Shown here: positions 1 to 12,950 of the stretch, piece by piece | Numbering within the stretch: the stretch's first letter is position 1 | Layout: the number at the start of each line of letters is the position of its first letter | Assembly (NCBI RefSeq): GCF_006345805.1 | Contig: NC_043011.1 | Span: 2,418,001-2,482,000 of the forward strand | Direction: 5' to 3' | Length of the DNA: 64,000 bases | From: Octopus sinensis | Taxonomy: Eukaryota | The notes under the pieces: model-generated | Databases searched by the model: none | Seen by the model: only the letters and a program-made list of their open reading frames with translations | What the model was told of the DNA's origin: nothing | Made by a program: the position numbers and the translations under genes

Positions 1-114
1 CCTTTGACTGACACACTATAATCAAAGATTAGTTATTGGGATTGACTTGTACTACATCCCTTGCAATAACTAAAAATTCCTTATAAGATTTCTGTACTAT
101 TTTTTTTTTTGGTT

Positions 115-513
115 ACTCTTTTACTTGTTTCAGTCATTTGACTATGGCCATGCTGGAGCACCACCTTTTAGTCGAGCAAATCGACCTTAGGACTTATTCT
201 TTGTAAGCCTAGTACTTATTCTATCAGTCTATTTTGCCGAACCGCTAAGTTACAGGTACGTAAACACACCAGCATCGGTTGTCAAGCGATGTTGGGGGGA
301 CAAACACAGACACACAAACATATACACATACATATATATATACATATATACAACGGGCTTCTTTCAGTTTCCGTCTACCAAATCCACTCACAAGGCTTTG
401 GTTGGCCTGAGGCTATAGTAGAAGACACTTGCCCAAAGTGCCATGCAGTGGGACTGAACCCGGAAACATGTGGTTCGTAAGCAAGCTACTTACCACACAG
501 CCACTCCTGCACC
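115..513 (-). mobile_element. SINE family A (tRNA-like head, internal microsatellite, AAAAGAG tail)
   Basis: One of about 14 copies in the window. Intact copies show A-box-like TGGCTGTGTGG and B-box-like GGTTCAGTCCC. Confidence 0.85.
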
Positions 514-3500
514 TATTTAAAATTTTTTAAAAATTGTAAATTGATCAAATATTTACTTTTAAGGATATTGAACATTTCAACAAACTTCCAAAAGAGATGA
601 AAACACTATAACTGGACTGCAAGATGTGTAGCTTTCTTCTATACATCTAGTCAACCCCTTTTATGCCTGTTCAGAAGTAATTGATAAATGATACTGAAAA
701 ACAACCTTTCCGAGCCACCACCTCAAGCAGTCATTTCAACTAACTCTGAATTTATTGCCTAGGAATAGCATTTATAAAGTATTTCCTGAGACATTGGTGT
801 TATTCAGTTCTCGGTTGCTAATTTGGTTTACAGCTATACCTCATAATAATATTTCAGCAAATTACTTAAAGGTAGTCGATTACAGTAGATCATCTAATTT
901 GCTAGTCTCTCTTTTGTTATTTAAAGATTATCACTTGGAAATTATTACATTACAAAATTTGCACTACAAACATGATATAGTGTTAAAGATAAAAGAGAGA
1001 AATGAAATATATTGAAATTAAGTCATTTCATTATTTCCTGTTGGATATTATTATTTGGCTGAAATCACTGCTTTGTGTCATATTTCTTTAGATGTTTGCT
1101 GTAAATTTTCTTTTATTTCATTTTTATGGAGAAAAGTAAAACTGCTTAGACTATTATATTTCAAATGTATAAACGTTTTCCTATTTTTCTTTCTTTTTTG
1201 TAAATCTGGAAATAATTTTTTCTTTACTATTTCAAAATCCTCTAACAATAGATTTCACAACACTAGTATAGTTTCTTCTATTCTTAGGAGTATAGTATTG
1301 CTGGGTTATATTTTTTTTGTATTTTGACAAACATAACCACTTGACATGCCAGAGAGATAGCCTCTACACATTTCATCGATCGACTAGAAATAGCAGCCAA
1401 TTATACCTCAGTCATTCACTCTATTGTCTAATAAAAAAAAAACAACAGAAAAATACATTGGATAATGTAACTAGATATAAATGTCTGGAAAAAAAAACGA
1501 AATGGTTATAGTTGAAATGCATTTGATCCTTTTTCTGTTCAATCAGAAGTAACCCGATGTGAAAGGACATCTGATTAAGGGATGAGATGCTCAAATATTT
1601 TGTCAATTGAAAGGAATATATTCCACTTTGAAGAATTTTAGTCAAATGAATCCCCTTCAATTCTTATTCTTTTAAGCCTGGTATTTATACTATCAGTCCC
1701 TTATGTTGAATCACCAAGTTACAGGGATGTAAAGACACCAATACTGGTTATCAAGCATTAGACAAGAATTTTATTATGAGAGATATTCATCTCAACAACA
1801 CAATTAAGTGAATGCCACAATCATGTAGTTGATATAAATATCACTTGATGTCTTATAAATGATTTCCTTAAGGAGTATTGTGTTCAGAGTTTGCAGATAC
1901 TCCCAGATGAGAAACTTTTCATAGTTGTTATAAAGTGGATCCTCATCCACTTGTATGTTATTGTCAGCACTGCAATATTCTTGATGCCACTATTATGTTG
2001 TAGCGGTATTCCATGTCTTATTATCTTTGGCTCGTCTATTGTGATATCACTGATATCTCTGCAAGACAACAACTTTGAAACGTTACCATGATGGTAACTC
2101 GAACTCGTATATATCATGTAACTGAAACTAACTCCAACCGAGAACTTGTACAATGACTCTACTACTACCGACCTTCTGTCTTTATAGTAGGAAGGCAAGT
2201 ACCATTTTCACTACTACAATAATAGCCTTTTCATACAGAAATATTAGGATATCCTGTGTCTGTTAAGAAACTTCTGATCATTTACTTGAAATACTATAAA
2301 TAGTATTTTCTCAATTCATGTTCTATCTTATAAAAGGAAAAGTATGTATTGTATAATGTAGTTCTTGATTAATTATGATTGATAAGAACAAGCAGGTTGA
2401 TCACAAATGGAACACCTTGATTCATAAGTTGGCTTCATAAGGTTAGAACTATGGCTAAACAACAACTGCTTTTGGAGATTGTACATGGTCGTTCATCTTG
2501 CTAAAGGGAGCCTCTAACTCAGCTTGCTAGAAATAATGACCAAACCTACCTTAGATCATACCTTACACTCTTAAAAAGGGAATATTTTGGCTATTCTATT
2601 CTGGATATACAAAAAATACGAGATGATTATAACTTCAATATCTTTAATCATAAGGCAAACCTGTGAAGGGCCAAACCACAGCACAAAAGCACAACAGCAA
2701 CACAACTCCAACAAACTTTGGTTTATATAAATTAGTGGCACAGTTCATTTTTCAGCTTTTCAACATCATTCTGCACATATGACCATAATGTGATTGAATC
2801 ATAGAGTCCATTATATGATTTTGACATCATCACCTTCAACAATTGCTGGTGAATATCATGATCCTGTCGAAGATCGTCAATGAAGCCCTTTGTTAATAAT
2901 GATGAGGATCATCACCATTAGGTTCAGGTTCATTGCACTCACTCTTCCTTTTATTTTGTCTTTTGAATTCTCTAGACAGACATAGCAGCCAGCCCTTCTC
3001 AAATCAGTCTCACCTTAGCATCTTATACGAGGGAAGGAGACATTGAATAATGCATCCCTTAATATATTGTGTCTGAAAAAAGAATGGGATGATTTAGCTG
3101 GAAGACTTTTGATCAAGGCTGGCCTTGTGTTAAACAACAACAACAACAACAACAACAATATCATAATCAACATCATTATCATCTGTTTTTACAACATACT
3201 CATCATCTTCTCTACTCTATTATCATTATTATTTACATCATTCTTACTATCATCATAATCACCAACATCATCGTTCATGAATATTTAATTTCTCACCATC
3301 TGCTTAATGTTAATAATGGGCAAGTAATTTATAAAATTAGATATTGAATTGATTGTAGCTCTGTCAGCAAAACTGTACAATGAAATGTGTGAAGACAATA
3401 TAGAGAAAAATTAATCAGACTTACTGTACTTAGATTACATTGATGAAAATTATAATCTTATCTTGCCTTCATATTCATAGAATGTTTGGAAGCTGCAGAC

Positions 3501-3690
3501 TTTTCTAAATAGTAAGGCAACAGATTTTAGCCTTGACAGCTTTTTGTATTGTGTCTATTATTTAACTTCTGCTATATCTTGATTGAAAAGATCCACAAGC
3601 AAAGTTCTTCCAGGCGTGACCATCCCATCTCTATTTTTTTAAAAAACATAGTTATATGTAAGTGCATCAGGTAATGTGTCCTATTACCGA

Positions 3691-3892
3691 TTACTAGTTT
3701 CAGTCATTAGACTGAGGCCATACTGGGGCACCACCTTTGAAGAAGTTTTAGTCAAATGAATCGGCCCCAGTCCTTATTTTTTTTAATCTGGTACTTATTC
3801 TATCATTCTCTTTTGCTGAACCACTAAGTTATGGAACATAACACACCAGCACTGGTTGTCAAGTGATAGTGGGGGACAAACACAGACACAAA

Positions 3893-3932
<40 letters not shown>

Positions 3933-4116
3933 CACACATAGATGTATGTATATACATATACAACAGGTTTCTTTCAGGCTCTGTCTATCAAATCCACTCA
4001 CAAGATGTTGGTCGGTCCAAAGTTATCGAAAACACTTGCCCAAAGTGCCATGTAGTGGGACTGAACCAGGAACCCTGTATTTGGGAAACAAGCTTCTTAT
4101 CACACTGCCACCCGCC
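3691..4116 (-). mobile_element. SINE family A, diverged
   Basis: Colinear with 115-513. Confidence 0.8.
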
Positions 4117-4563
4117 ACTTTTTATTTCTAAAGCATAAATATGATTTGAAGGTGATTTAGTTGCTATTTCTAGCAGGTTAAGTGTCCTTCTTTGGATGAA
4201 ATCTTGCTAGAATTGCTCAGGCTGTTGCTTGGTCCCAAGTTAGTTCTGAATGATCAAAGCCATTCTAGCTTTGGCCATCATGTCTTTTTGTCTTCAGACT
4301 ATGTTAATCTATGACTGCATCATCCTTTGTGTCTTTTTTCTAAAACAGTTGGATGGAATTTGAAGGTGAATGGTTGCATAGAGGCTCCTTTGTTGGGTCA
4401 AATCTTGATGCAGGAGAGGGAGTGAAAGTGGAGGAGATTTTGCTGTTTATCCTACAATAAGAAATAAAGAAACTGGTTTAAAATTGAATTGCTACATTCC
4501 TCTAGCTTATATAAATTGCTTCAATGTGTTGATCATGCAATCATATTCACACAAGGAACTTAA

Positions 4564-5035
4564 CCCTTTCATTACTGTATTTATTTTGAGATGCTCTGTG
4601 TTTCTTTCAATTACTTTAAATATAACAAAGAATTTAGTAAAATAACTTAGTTATCATTAAGCTAGTTTTAGGAACATAAATTGTGACTAAGGTTTGGTGG
4701 AAGATTTTAATTCAAAACTTATGAAAACAAGACATTTGTACTACAGAGCCAGAAGTGGTTTCTGCTAGGTTGGTATCAAAAGGGCTAAGAATTGTTTCTC
4801 TATTATATATTTAAACCCTTTTGTTACTGTATTTATTTTGAGATGCTCTGTGTTTCTTTCAATTATTTTAAATATAACAAACATTTAGTAAAATAACTTA
4901 GTTATCATTAAGCTAGTATTAGGAATATAAATTGCGACTAAGGTTTGGTGGTATATTTTGATGCAAAACTTATGAAAACAAGACATTTGTACTACAGAGC
5001 CAGAGCCGGTTTTGACAGGGTTGGTAACGAAAGGG
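4564..5035. mobile_element. Two tandem piggyBac-type MITE copies (4564-4784 and 4816-5035)
   Basis: TTAA-CCCTTT ... AAAGGG-(T/C)TAA termini. The ~220-bp bodies are near-identical and in direct orientation. Confidence 0.78.
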
Positions 5036-5312
5036 TTAAATAGTACCAGAAAGGGAAAAGTTTTAGATTAATGCCTAACTGCATTGTTTTAATTTTTGAC
5101 ATTCAAAGCTGAAATATCAATAGAGTCAATCTAGTTTTTCCTAGGGTTCTGGGAAGTAGGGACCAGTTATATTCCTGCTTTATTTTATGACATGATTGCC
5201 AAATGAAGAAAAGATAACTTTAGATGAGTTGATAAAACCTGAGGAATTTCTGATATCCAGTAATTTCCAGAAACACATTAGATATTTTATGCTGAAATAT
5301 CAGCTATATATA

Positions 5313-5614
5313 GGCGCAGGAGTGGCTGTGTGGTAAGTAGCTTGTTTACCAACCACATGGTTCCAGGTTCAGTCCCACTGCGTGGCACCTTGGGCAAGTG
5401 TCTTCTACTATCGCCTCGGGCCGACCAAAGCCTTGTGAGTGGATTTGGTAGATGGAAACTGAAAGAAGCCCGTCGTATATATGTATATATATATATATGT
5501 ATGCATGTACTGGGCTTACAAAAGAATAAGTCCCGGGGTCGAGTTGCTCGATTAAAGGCGGTGCTCCAGCATGGCTGCTGTCAAATGACTGAAACAAGTA
5601 AAAGAGTGAAAGAG
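5313..5614 (+). mobile_element. SINE family A with internal deletion
   Basis: Head and microsatellite are joined directly to the 3' part. Confidence 0.85.
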
Positions 5615-6699
5615 TATATAAACAATTCATTATGGAAAGCAAGTGTAATAAATTGTTTAACACATATCTGCACTGTATGCAGACATGTGTGTGTATGATT
5701 TTATTACTTCATTTACATACATACAATATGTGGGTGTGTGCATGTGTACGTGTTTGCATATATATATATATATATACGAACAAATGTATATATATGCATA
5801 ATGCACATAAAACTTTGTATTGAATAAAATGTTTCAGGTGTTTATTCATGCATTGTTTTCACTTAATACTATATTATTATTTGAAGCAATTTTATTATTA
5901 TTTAATTAAATATTAAATATTTCTGATTTTGTTCATGTAATTAAATTCATTTTCAAAAATGTTGAATATTTTGAGTCACACAAGAAATGTGAAATTCGAC
6001 GTGTTTAATAGGTTATTAATGTTTGTAGAAAATAAGAAATTGTAGCGGCTACATTTAGAAAGCTAATTCTGTTGCCAGGAGGTATTTTTGAACAACGAAA
6101 TCATGGGAAAAATATAGGCAAAATGTGTGAAATGGAATAATTTGTCTTTATTTTACATATCTCAAGAAAAATAGCAGCCACATAGAAACACGATTTTCAT
6201 GCAGAAACAGGGAAGTCAATTTATGTTGATATTCAGCAGTCATCCTTTACTATGTTTAGCTATTTCAAGATATTTTTTTTCAAAGAAAAACACATTTAGT
6301 TGGTTATCTTCACCTAAAAGTACACATCTTTCCCTGAAGATAGCTGGCAAAATCTGATTTTTTTACATCTAAAATAGCTTGAATTCTAATAATTCAAACC
6401 TAAAGCTGGATTGAAACACATGTAGGATTCTTTTGGTTATTTCTTTTGTTGATCTGGTTCTTTTATATCCTGAATCTTATATGTGATACTTTTTCATTGT
6501 GATACTAATAAATTTAACCAAGTATCCAGTATATTTTTCTTCTCCAATTTCATTTATTAACTTTACACATTGTTGGACTGTTTATACATATATATTGTGG
6601 AACTTTTTTCCAATATATTTGATAACACAGTTGGTATCTGGATTGTTATAAATGATCCCTTACGACAAAATCGAATCCTATTTACTTGAATTATGTGTG

Positions 6700-6945
6700 T
6701 GTGTGTATATATATTTGTGCGTATGTATCTGTGCCTGTGTTTGTCCCCACCACTATCACTTAACAACTGATGTTGGTGTGTTTATGTCTCTGTAAATTAC
6801 TGGTTTGGCAAAAGAAACCTACAGAATAAGTACTAGCCTTACAAAGAATAAGTCCTGGGATTGATTTCTTTGACTAAAACCCTTTAAAGCAGTGCTTCAG
6901 CATGGCCACAGTCAAAATGACTGAAACATGTAAAAGGATAAAAGA
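6700..6945 (+). mobile_element. SINE family A, 3' half
   Basis: Matches the family sequence after the microsatellite. Confidence 0.75.
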
Positions 6946-6957
6946 ATATATTAATAC

Positions 6958-6999
<42 letters not shown>

Positions 7000-7243
7000 G
7001 TATACATATATACATACATACATATATATATATATTTAAGTAGGTGAATGAATTATCCTATGTTTATCGTAGGCATGGAAAATTCGTTTAACCGAAACCT
7101 GGGTAGCAAATTCACGTCAGAAAAACACGGTTGAAGCGACCTGTCAAGGGTAGAAACTCCGGGTTCATGTGTAGAAATTTGTGTGCTGTATATGAATAAA
7201 TGAAAAAATGGAGTCGAACGAAGATGTTAACAAAATTCCTTTA

Positions 7244-7325
7244 CTCTCGACACATGTTTCGAAGACAGCATATTTTCATTCCGAAGGAATAAAGGGTGCA
7301 TTATGCAATCTTCTAATCAGGAAAG
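7244..7325 (-). ncRNA. Hammerhead motif with mutated core (CUGAUUA), left arm of the mini-element
   Basis: Minus strand: CTTTC-CTGATTA-GAAG..TCTTC-GAA-ACATGTGT-C-GAGAG. The G8>U change probably inactivates it. Confidence 0.6.
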
Positions 7326-7434
7326 AAAATGTGTCATTTCACTTTGTTTACCATGTAGGCAATCATCGCTTTGTTTACCATGTAGGTAATCATCGAAATT
7401 TTTGTTTGTCTTGTTGTCGAGAGAGGCTCCCTTT

Positions 7435-7516
7435 CTTTCCTGATGAGAAGATTGCATAATGCATCCTTTATTCCTTCGGAATGAAAATATGCTGTCTTTG
7501 AAACATGTGTCGAGAG
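7435..7516 (+). ncRNA. Type I hammerhead ribozyme, right arm of the mini-element
   Basis: CTTTC-CTGATGA-GAAGATTGCATA..TATGCTGTCTTT-GAA-ACATGTGT-C^GAGAG. GUC triplet and a 5-bp stem I. Confidence 0.8.
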
Positions 7517-7563
7517 TAAAGGAATTTTGTTAACATCTTCGTTCGACTCCATTCTTTCATTTA

Positions 7564-7640
<77 letters not shown>

Positions 7641-7790
7641 TTTAGGTATGGTAGATGAGTTCAGCAAAAATTTAGATTGAGATGAATATGGTAGTTAAGT
7701 TGAGGCACCAGAATTTGGTATGGTATTATCCATACAACTTCGAAGTAAGGTGATTAAAATCAAAATAAGCAACAAGGATATTCAGAGGTA

Positions 7791-7879
7791 ATGCAGTACG
7801 ATCGTTTCATGCAACTCAATTTAATTGAGCAATGCAATCATTGCATCAATTTAAAATGCAGAGCAATCTTCAGCTGCAC
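7791..7879 (-). ncRNA. Type I hammerhead ribozyme, left arm
   Basis: Minus strand: GTGCAG-CTGAAGA-TTGCTCTGCATTTT..TTGAGTTGCAT-GAA-ACGATCGT-A^CTGCAT. Stem I is 6 bp, stem III is a perfect palindrome, and the first stem II position is U-U. Confidence 0.78.
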
Positions 7880-9690
7880 AAAGACAGAATTTAATAAAAT
7901 TAGAACAGATGGACACATTAGTATAATTATACCTAAAATTTCCAAGAATTTAAGGAGATAGTCAAAGAACATGCTGTCCCATTCCAGTTTAGAAGTTACT
8001 GAATTTTCAAGAAGATATACATTGTTACAGACTCTGCCTGTCACTGATTTTTTGTTTTTATGGGGTCAGTTTTAATTTATAGACTAGTTTATCCAATCCC
8101 TTGTATATCTAAGGCTGAGAGAACAAAGGGCAGTATCTGTTAGGGGTAGGGCTGAAGGAGCAGACAGACATCATATGTTGGTATAGTCATAAAAATCAAG
8201 ATTTATTAGAAGCAATATCATGAGGTTTGATAAAAGAAAACTTAAAACAAGATGTTAGCTGACACTTAAGGAAGTCTCCCACTAGCAGACCATTGATAAT
8301 AAAATAGGGGAAGTCTTATCATGAGGTACTATAGTTAAATATTTTAAACAATGTTGCTATATTGCATACAGAGGATTATTAAGAAGAATATTATAACAAA
8401 AGGATAGAAATTTATGAATACTTTTGAGTGTATACCAAACTTTTACCACAAGAGAGGGAGGAAAAGAAATTATCCAGAAATAGTTTAATATTTATACATA
8501 TTTTTCACTTAAATACCAATTCATCAGATGGTATCTGTGAATATTGATTAATTGGTATATATTGGTATTAATTGGTATATACTGGTATTGAGGTAAAGGA
8601 ACATGCTAATTATATATTAGTAAAATTATAATCTAAGCAGTATTTTTTTATAAGTTGTCAATATACCATTATAGTTTTATATAAGCTAAGTATGAATTTA
8701 TAGAGATACAAAAATTAGATTAATTTTATAAATAAATAAAAGCTAAGTATAAAATAATAAAGAAATAAAATAAAATAATGAAGTAGGGCAGAACACCATA
8801 GAAAAGGAAATAAAATGGCTTAATTACTAATACTATGGTAAAGTATATGTAGCTTAACACCATTAGAGAAGATTTTTAGAAAAAGTAAAATAATTCAAAA
8901 TATATTAGACTAAAATTTATATATTTAGCTAATATCAATAAAACACTGATATCTGGTATCAGCTAAAGGAATATTTGGTATGGAACAATCATATTTTACA
9001 CTAATCTTTTTTTAAAGACTAAGGGTTATATTATAGGTTTAAGAAGTTATTATTGTTACTCCCTACATGATATTTATAGTTTCTTAGTGGTACTTGTTTA
9101 GAAGGATTAATTATATAAAGGCCCATATAATTACTAAGATCAGGAGGGTAGAGCCATTTAAGAAAGAGATAAATCAAGTAATTTCTAAAGATCATTTCAA
9201 ACAATATTGTCTTATTGTATAAAGTTAAAATTTAAGGTAATCAAGAAGATTATTATTATTAATATTAGTATTATTAAGATTTAAATTATCATTTTTATTT
9301 TTATTGTTAATATTTTCACTATTAATAATTACATTATCAAGTATGCTATGTTCATGTCTGTTATTTTTTAATTCCACTTCAATCATATTATCATATAAAA
9401 TCGCCTCTGCATCATCAGGCATACAAGTAGTTTCCATGCCTGTATATATACTGGGGCTATAATCCATAATGTTTTTATTAGAAGTGCTACCACTAAGCAT
9501 TCTTTTCACCCCATCATCATCAATACTACTATTTTCATTTTGGGGGTTTAAGTTATAGTTGACAGCACTATTATTATTATTATTGATATAATTATTATTA
9601 TTGCTATTGTTATTTTTTTTAATTATTATTATTATTGTTAATGTTACTAATGTGTCCATCAGTTCTAATTTAATTCAATTCTATGTCTTT

Positions 9691-9779
9691 GTGCAGCTGA
9701 AGATTGCTCTGCATTTTAAATTGATGTAATGATTGCAATGTTCAATTAAATGGAGTTGCATGAAACGATTGTATTGCAT
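9691..9779 (+). ncRNA. Type I hammerhead motif, right arm
   Basis: GTGCAG-CTGAAGA-TTGCTC..GGAGTTGCAT-GAA-ACGATTGT-A^TTGCAT. C-to-T changes relative to the left arm. Confidence 0.7.
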
Positions 9780-9809
9780 TACCTCTAGAAATCCTTGTTG
9801 CTTATTTTG

Positions 9810-9840
<31 letters not shown>

Positions 9841-11043
9841 CATATCTGTGTGTGTATGAACACATGTATACATGCACACATGTAAACATATGCATATGTG
9901 TGTATATATGTGTGTGTGTGTGTGTATAAGTATGTAAGTGTGTAAGCCTGCATGTGCTGATTACTCAATACTTGCATACATCAAATACTCACAGAGAAAT
10001 TAATAGAGAGAGATGGAGAGAGGGAGAGCAAGACAGAGGAAGAGGGAGAGAACTTTATGTATATATCTTTTCTCATTAACACCTTATACTTCTAAGAGAT
10101 AGCTAGATAAATAGGCATTTAGGCTTTAAAAAGAATTACATTAAATTTAAATTTTTGTACTGACTGAAATATATGTCACTTTAATTTAGAGATGCAAAGC
10201 TTTGCTAATAAAAAAATTAAATATGAAAATAGTTTTCCCTCTGATATAAGAAAATCATATTGCTTCTTACCTAAATGACAGTGGCATTTTGCTTTTTGAA
10301 GATGCATGAAGGTGGGGAACTGGAAGTAAGCAAATGGTATTTTCCTCATCCTGTTACCTACAGAATGTATGTTGTGGGTGAGTGTTGCAAAGAAAAAAGA
10401 AAAAAAGCAAAATAGAAAAATAGCAAAAGAGTAGAAATTCATTTCTTAACCACTTAAAATTAATGAAATCAATTTATGTATCAAATAGCCACTAATGAAA
10501 ATACTTTCAAAACAAAATAGCAATCTAAATAATTAAAATACAATAATGGTGGTGGTGGTGATAGTGTTGTTGATAATGATGGTTGTAATGGCGGTGAGGG
10601 GTTATACAGATGATGATGATGATAATGATGTTGGTAATGATGGTGGTGGTGATGAAAGCAGATGAGGGATGAAGGTGAAACATTATCTCTGAATTAATTA
10701 AGCTTGATGAAGAACATTTGTCAGACTATATAGTTCTGTAATATCTAATTAATTTAAATGCTGAGTTGCAGTTCCATGTTCTCTTTTCAAAAATTTGCTT
10801 CCACAAACACAATTTCAACCTAATACAATAGTTCACGTACTTCTTTTCATATAAATACACTCTATATAATCACACACATATGTACACACATGCACATAAA
10901 TACACATTCAAGTAAGCAATGCTTATATATGTCTGTCTATATGTATTTATGTATGTATATATCTAGATATCCATCGATCCATATATTCATCTATCTGTCT
11001 GTATGTATGTATGTATGTATGTTTGTCAGTGTGTCTATCTATT

Positions 11044-11086
<43 letters not shown>

Positions 11087-11379
11087 ATTTATGTATGTAT
11101 GTATGTATGTATGTATGTATGTATGTATGTATGTTTGTATGTGTATTGGATAAATAATTACAATGAGAGTGGTTGCAGTTAAGTGGATTTGTGGCTAAGG
11201 AATTTGCGTCATATCTGCATGATTTGGGGTTTTGTCTCACATGACACATTAAGCATGTGTTTTCTATTTGGGTTGACCAATGCTTCAGGAGTAGAATTAA
11301 TAGCTGGAAACTGAAAGAAAGCCTGATTTACACACACACTCACACACACAAACACAAAAACATGCACATCAATCATGAT

Positions 11380-11690
11380 AAGAGAAAAATTAATTAAGCA
11401 GATAAGGCCAAAAATGTCGCTAGAAGCTGGGATCACCAAGCGTAGATTGGCATATTTCAGTCATATTATGTGGAGAGAATCCCTGGAGAAGGACATCATG
11501 CTCAGAATTATCAGTGGCAAGAGAGGAAGAGGCCGACCAAGAACCAGCTGGCTTGAAACCATCAGGAGTGATACCGGAATGGACATGGCCAATCTGAAGG
11601 AAGCGGCCCAGGATAAAACTGACTGGAGGACACTGATCCAACGAGTGACTGAGAGTCGACTTCAACTGAGCGGATAGAGAGAGAGAGAGA
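11380..11690 (+). mobile_element. RTE-clade LINE 3' end
   Basis: RRLAYFSHIMWRESLEKDIMLRIISGKRGRGRPRTSWLETI..W.. followed by a (GA)n tail. Confidence 0.8.
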
Positions 11691-11712
11691 TCATGTCTTT
11701 ATTTACTTTATC

Positions 11713-12103
11713 TTTTACGTTTTACTTGTTTCAGTCACTAGACTGTGGCCATGCTGGGGCACCACATTGGAAAATTATTAGTTGAATGGATCGACCCCAG
11801 TACTTATTTTTTTAAAGCCTGGTACTTATTCTGTCAATCTCGTTTTTGCTGAACCACTAAGTTACAGATACACAAACACACCAGAGTTGGTTGTCAAATG
11901 GTGGTGGGACACACACACGCATGCATGCACACACGCACACACATACATGATAGGCTTCTTTCAGTTTCCATTTACCAAATCCACTCACAAGACTTTGGTT
12001 GGCCCAAGGCTATAGTAGAATACATTTGTTCAAGGCACTACACAGTAGGACTGAACCTGGAACCATGTAGTCTGGAAGCAAGCTTCTTAAAACACAGCCA
12101 TGC
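11713..12103 (-). mobile_element. SINE family A, diverged
   Basis: Colinear with other copies. Confidence 0.8.
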
Positions 12104-12544
12104 CTGTGTCTTATATACAAATATTAAGACTCTTCAAGTTTTCTGAAAGAAGTAAGCAGGAAAACTGCTTAAATCTTTTATCTTTTTTTTATCTACTGCT
12201 GGTGAGCTAATATTTATCTCTGCTGAAAAAGGAGTAATCACATTCTTTTATAGTTTGGTATGATTGTCATCGACAGGTCATTGAGGTTACGGAACAAAAG
12301 AAAATGTTCTGAGCTAAAGTTTTGCATTAAAAGAATTTTGGGCTCAGTGATTGTATGCACCTATTTATGTATGTGGGTGTGTGATTGTGCAAGTGCATGC
12401 ATGTGCATATGTGAATATTGACCTGTGTCTTATAAATATCTGCACAAACACACACGTGTGCGTGCACACACACACAGATACATATGTAGATATATAAATG
12501 TGAAAATCAAGTGAAAATCAAAGAATCAAATCAAAATCGAAATC

Positions 12545-12950
12545 GATCAACATCAATGTGGTACCAGTGCCAGTGGCACATAAGAGAACCATCCGAACGT
12601 GGCTGTAGCCAGCACTGCATCGACTGGCCTCCGTGCTGGTGGCACGTAACAAACACCATCCGATCGTGGCCGTGCCAGCCTCGCCTGGCCTCCGTGCCGG
12701 TGGCACATAAAAAACACCATCCGAGCATGGCTGTTTGCCAGCTTCATCTGGCACCTGTGTCGGTGGCACATAAAAAGCACCCACTACACTCACGGAGTGG
12801 TTGGCGTTAGGAAGGGCATCCAGCTGTAGAAACTCTGCCAGATCAAGACTGGCCTGGTGCAGCCTTCGGGCTTCCCAGACCCCAGTTGAACCGTCCAACC
12901 CATGCTAGCATGGAAAGCGGACGTTAAACGATGATGATGATGATGATGAT
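12545..12950 (+). mobile_element. RTE 3'-UTR-derived repeat with (GAT)n tail, four tandem modules
   Basis: Ends CCAACCCATGCTAGCATGGAAAGCGGACGTTAAACGATGATGAT. Confidence 0.85.

Larger units (their letters stand above)
7189..7572. repeat. ~140-bp inverted repeat with ~100-bp spacer; both arms contain a hammerhead motif
   Basis: 7189-7329 is the reverse complement of 7431-7572 with a few mismatches. The spacer holds a 27-bp tandem duplication. The right arm runs into (TA)n. Confidence 0.9.
7640..9810 (-). mobile_element. PLE-derived element with inverted HHR-bearing arms and a decayed AT-rich interior
   Basis: Inverted repeat of 7760-7925 and 9645-9810. Both outer ends abut (TA)n. The interior carries an Asn-rich 144-codon minus-strand frame (9225-9659). 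The layout matches PLE-B, but I could not verify an RT or endonuclease motif inside. Confidence 0.7.

Noticed and set aside
289-480. Recurrent ORF DGLLSVSVYQIHSQGFG..CHAVGLNPEPCGW seen many times
   Set aside because: It is a reading frame through SINE family A, not a gene family.
1884-2198. 104-aa ORF, and a ~55-codon minus-strand frame at ~2730-2900, as host exons
   Set aside because: No recognisable motif, weak splice signals and no consistent exon chain.
7189-9810. Retrozyme or circular-RNA model (monomer released between two hammerheads)
   Set aside because: That model needs direct tandem ribozymes on one strand. All pairs here are inverted, so only one is sense in any transcript.
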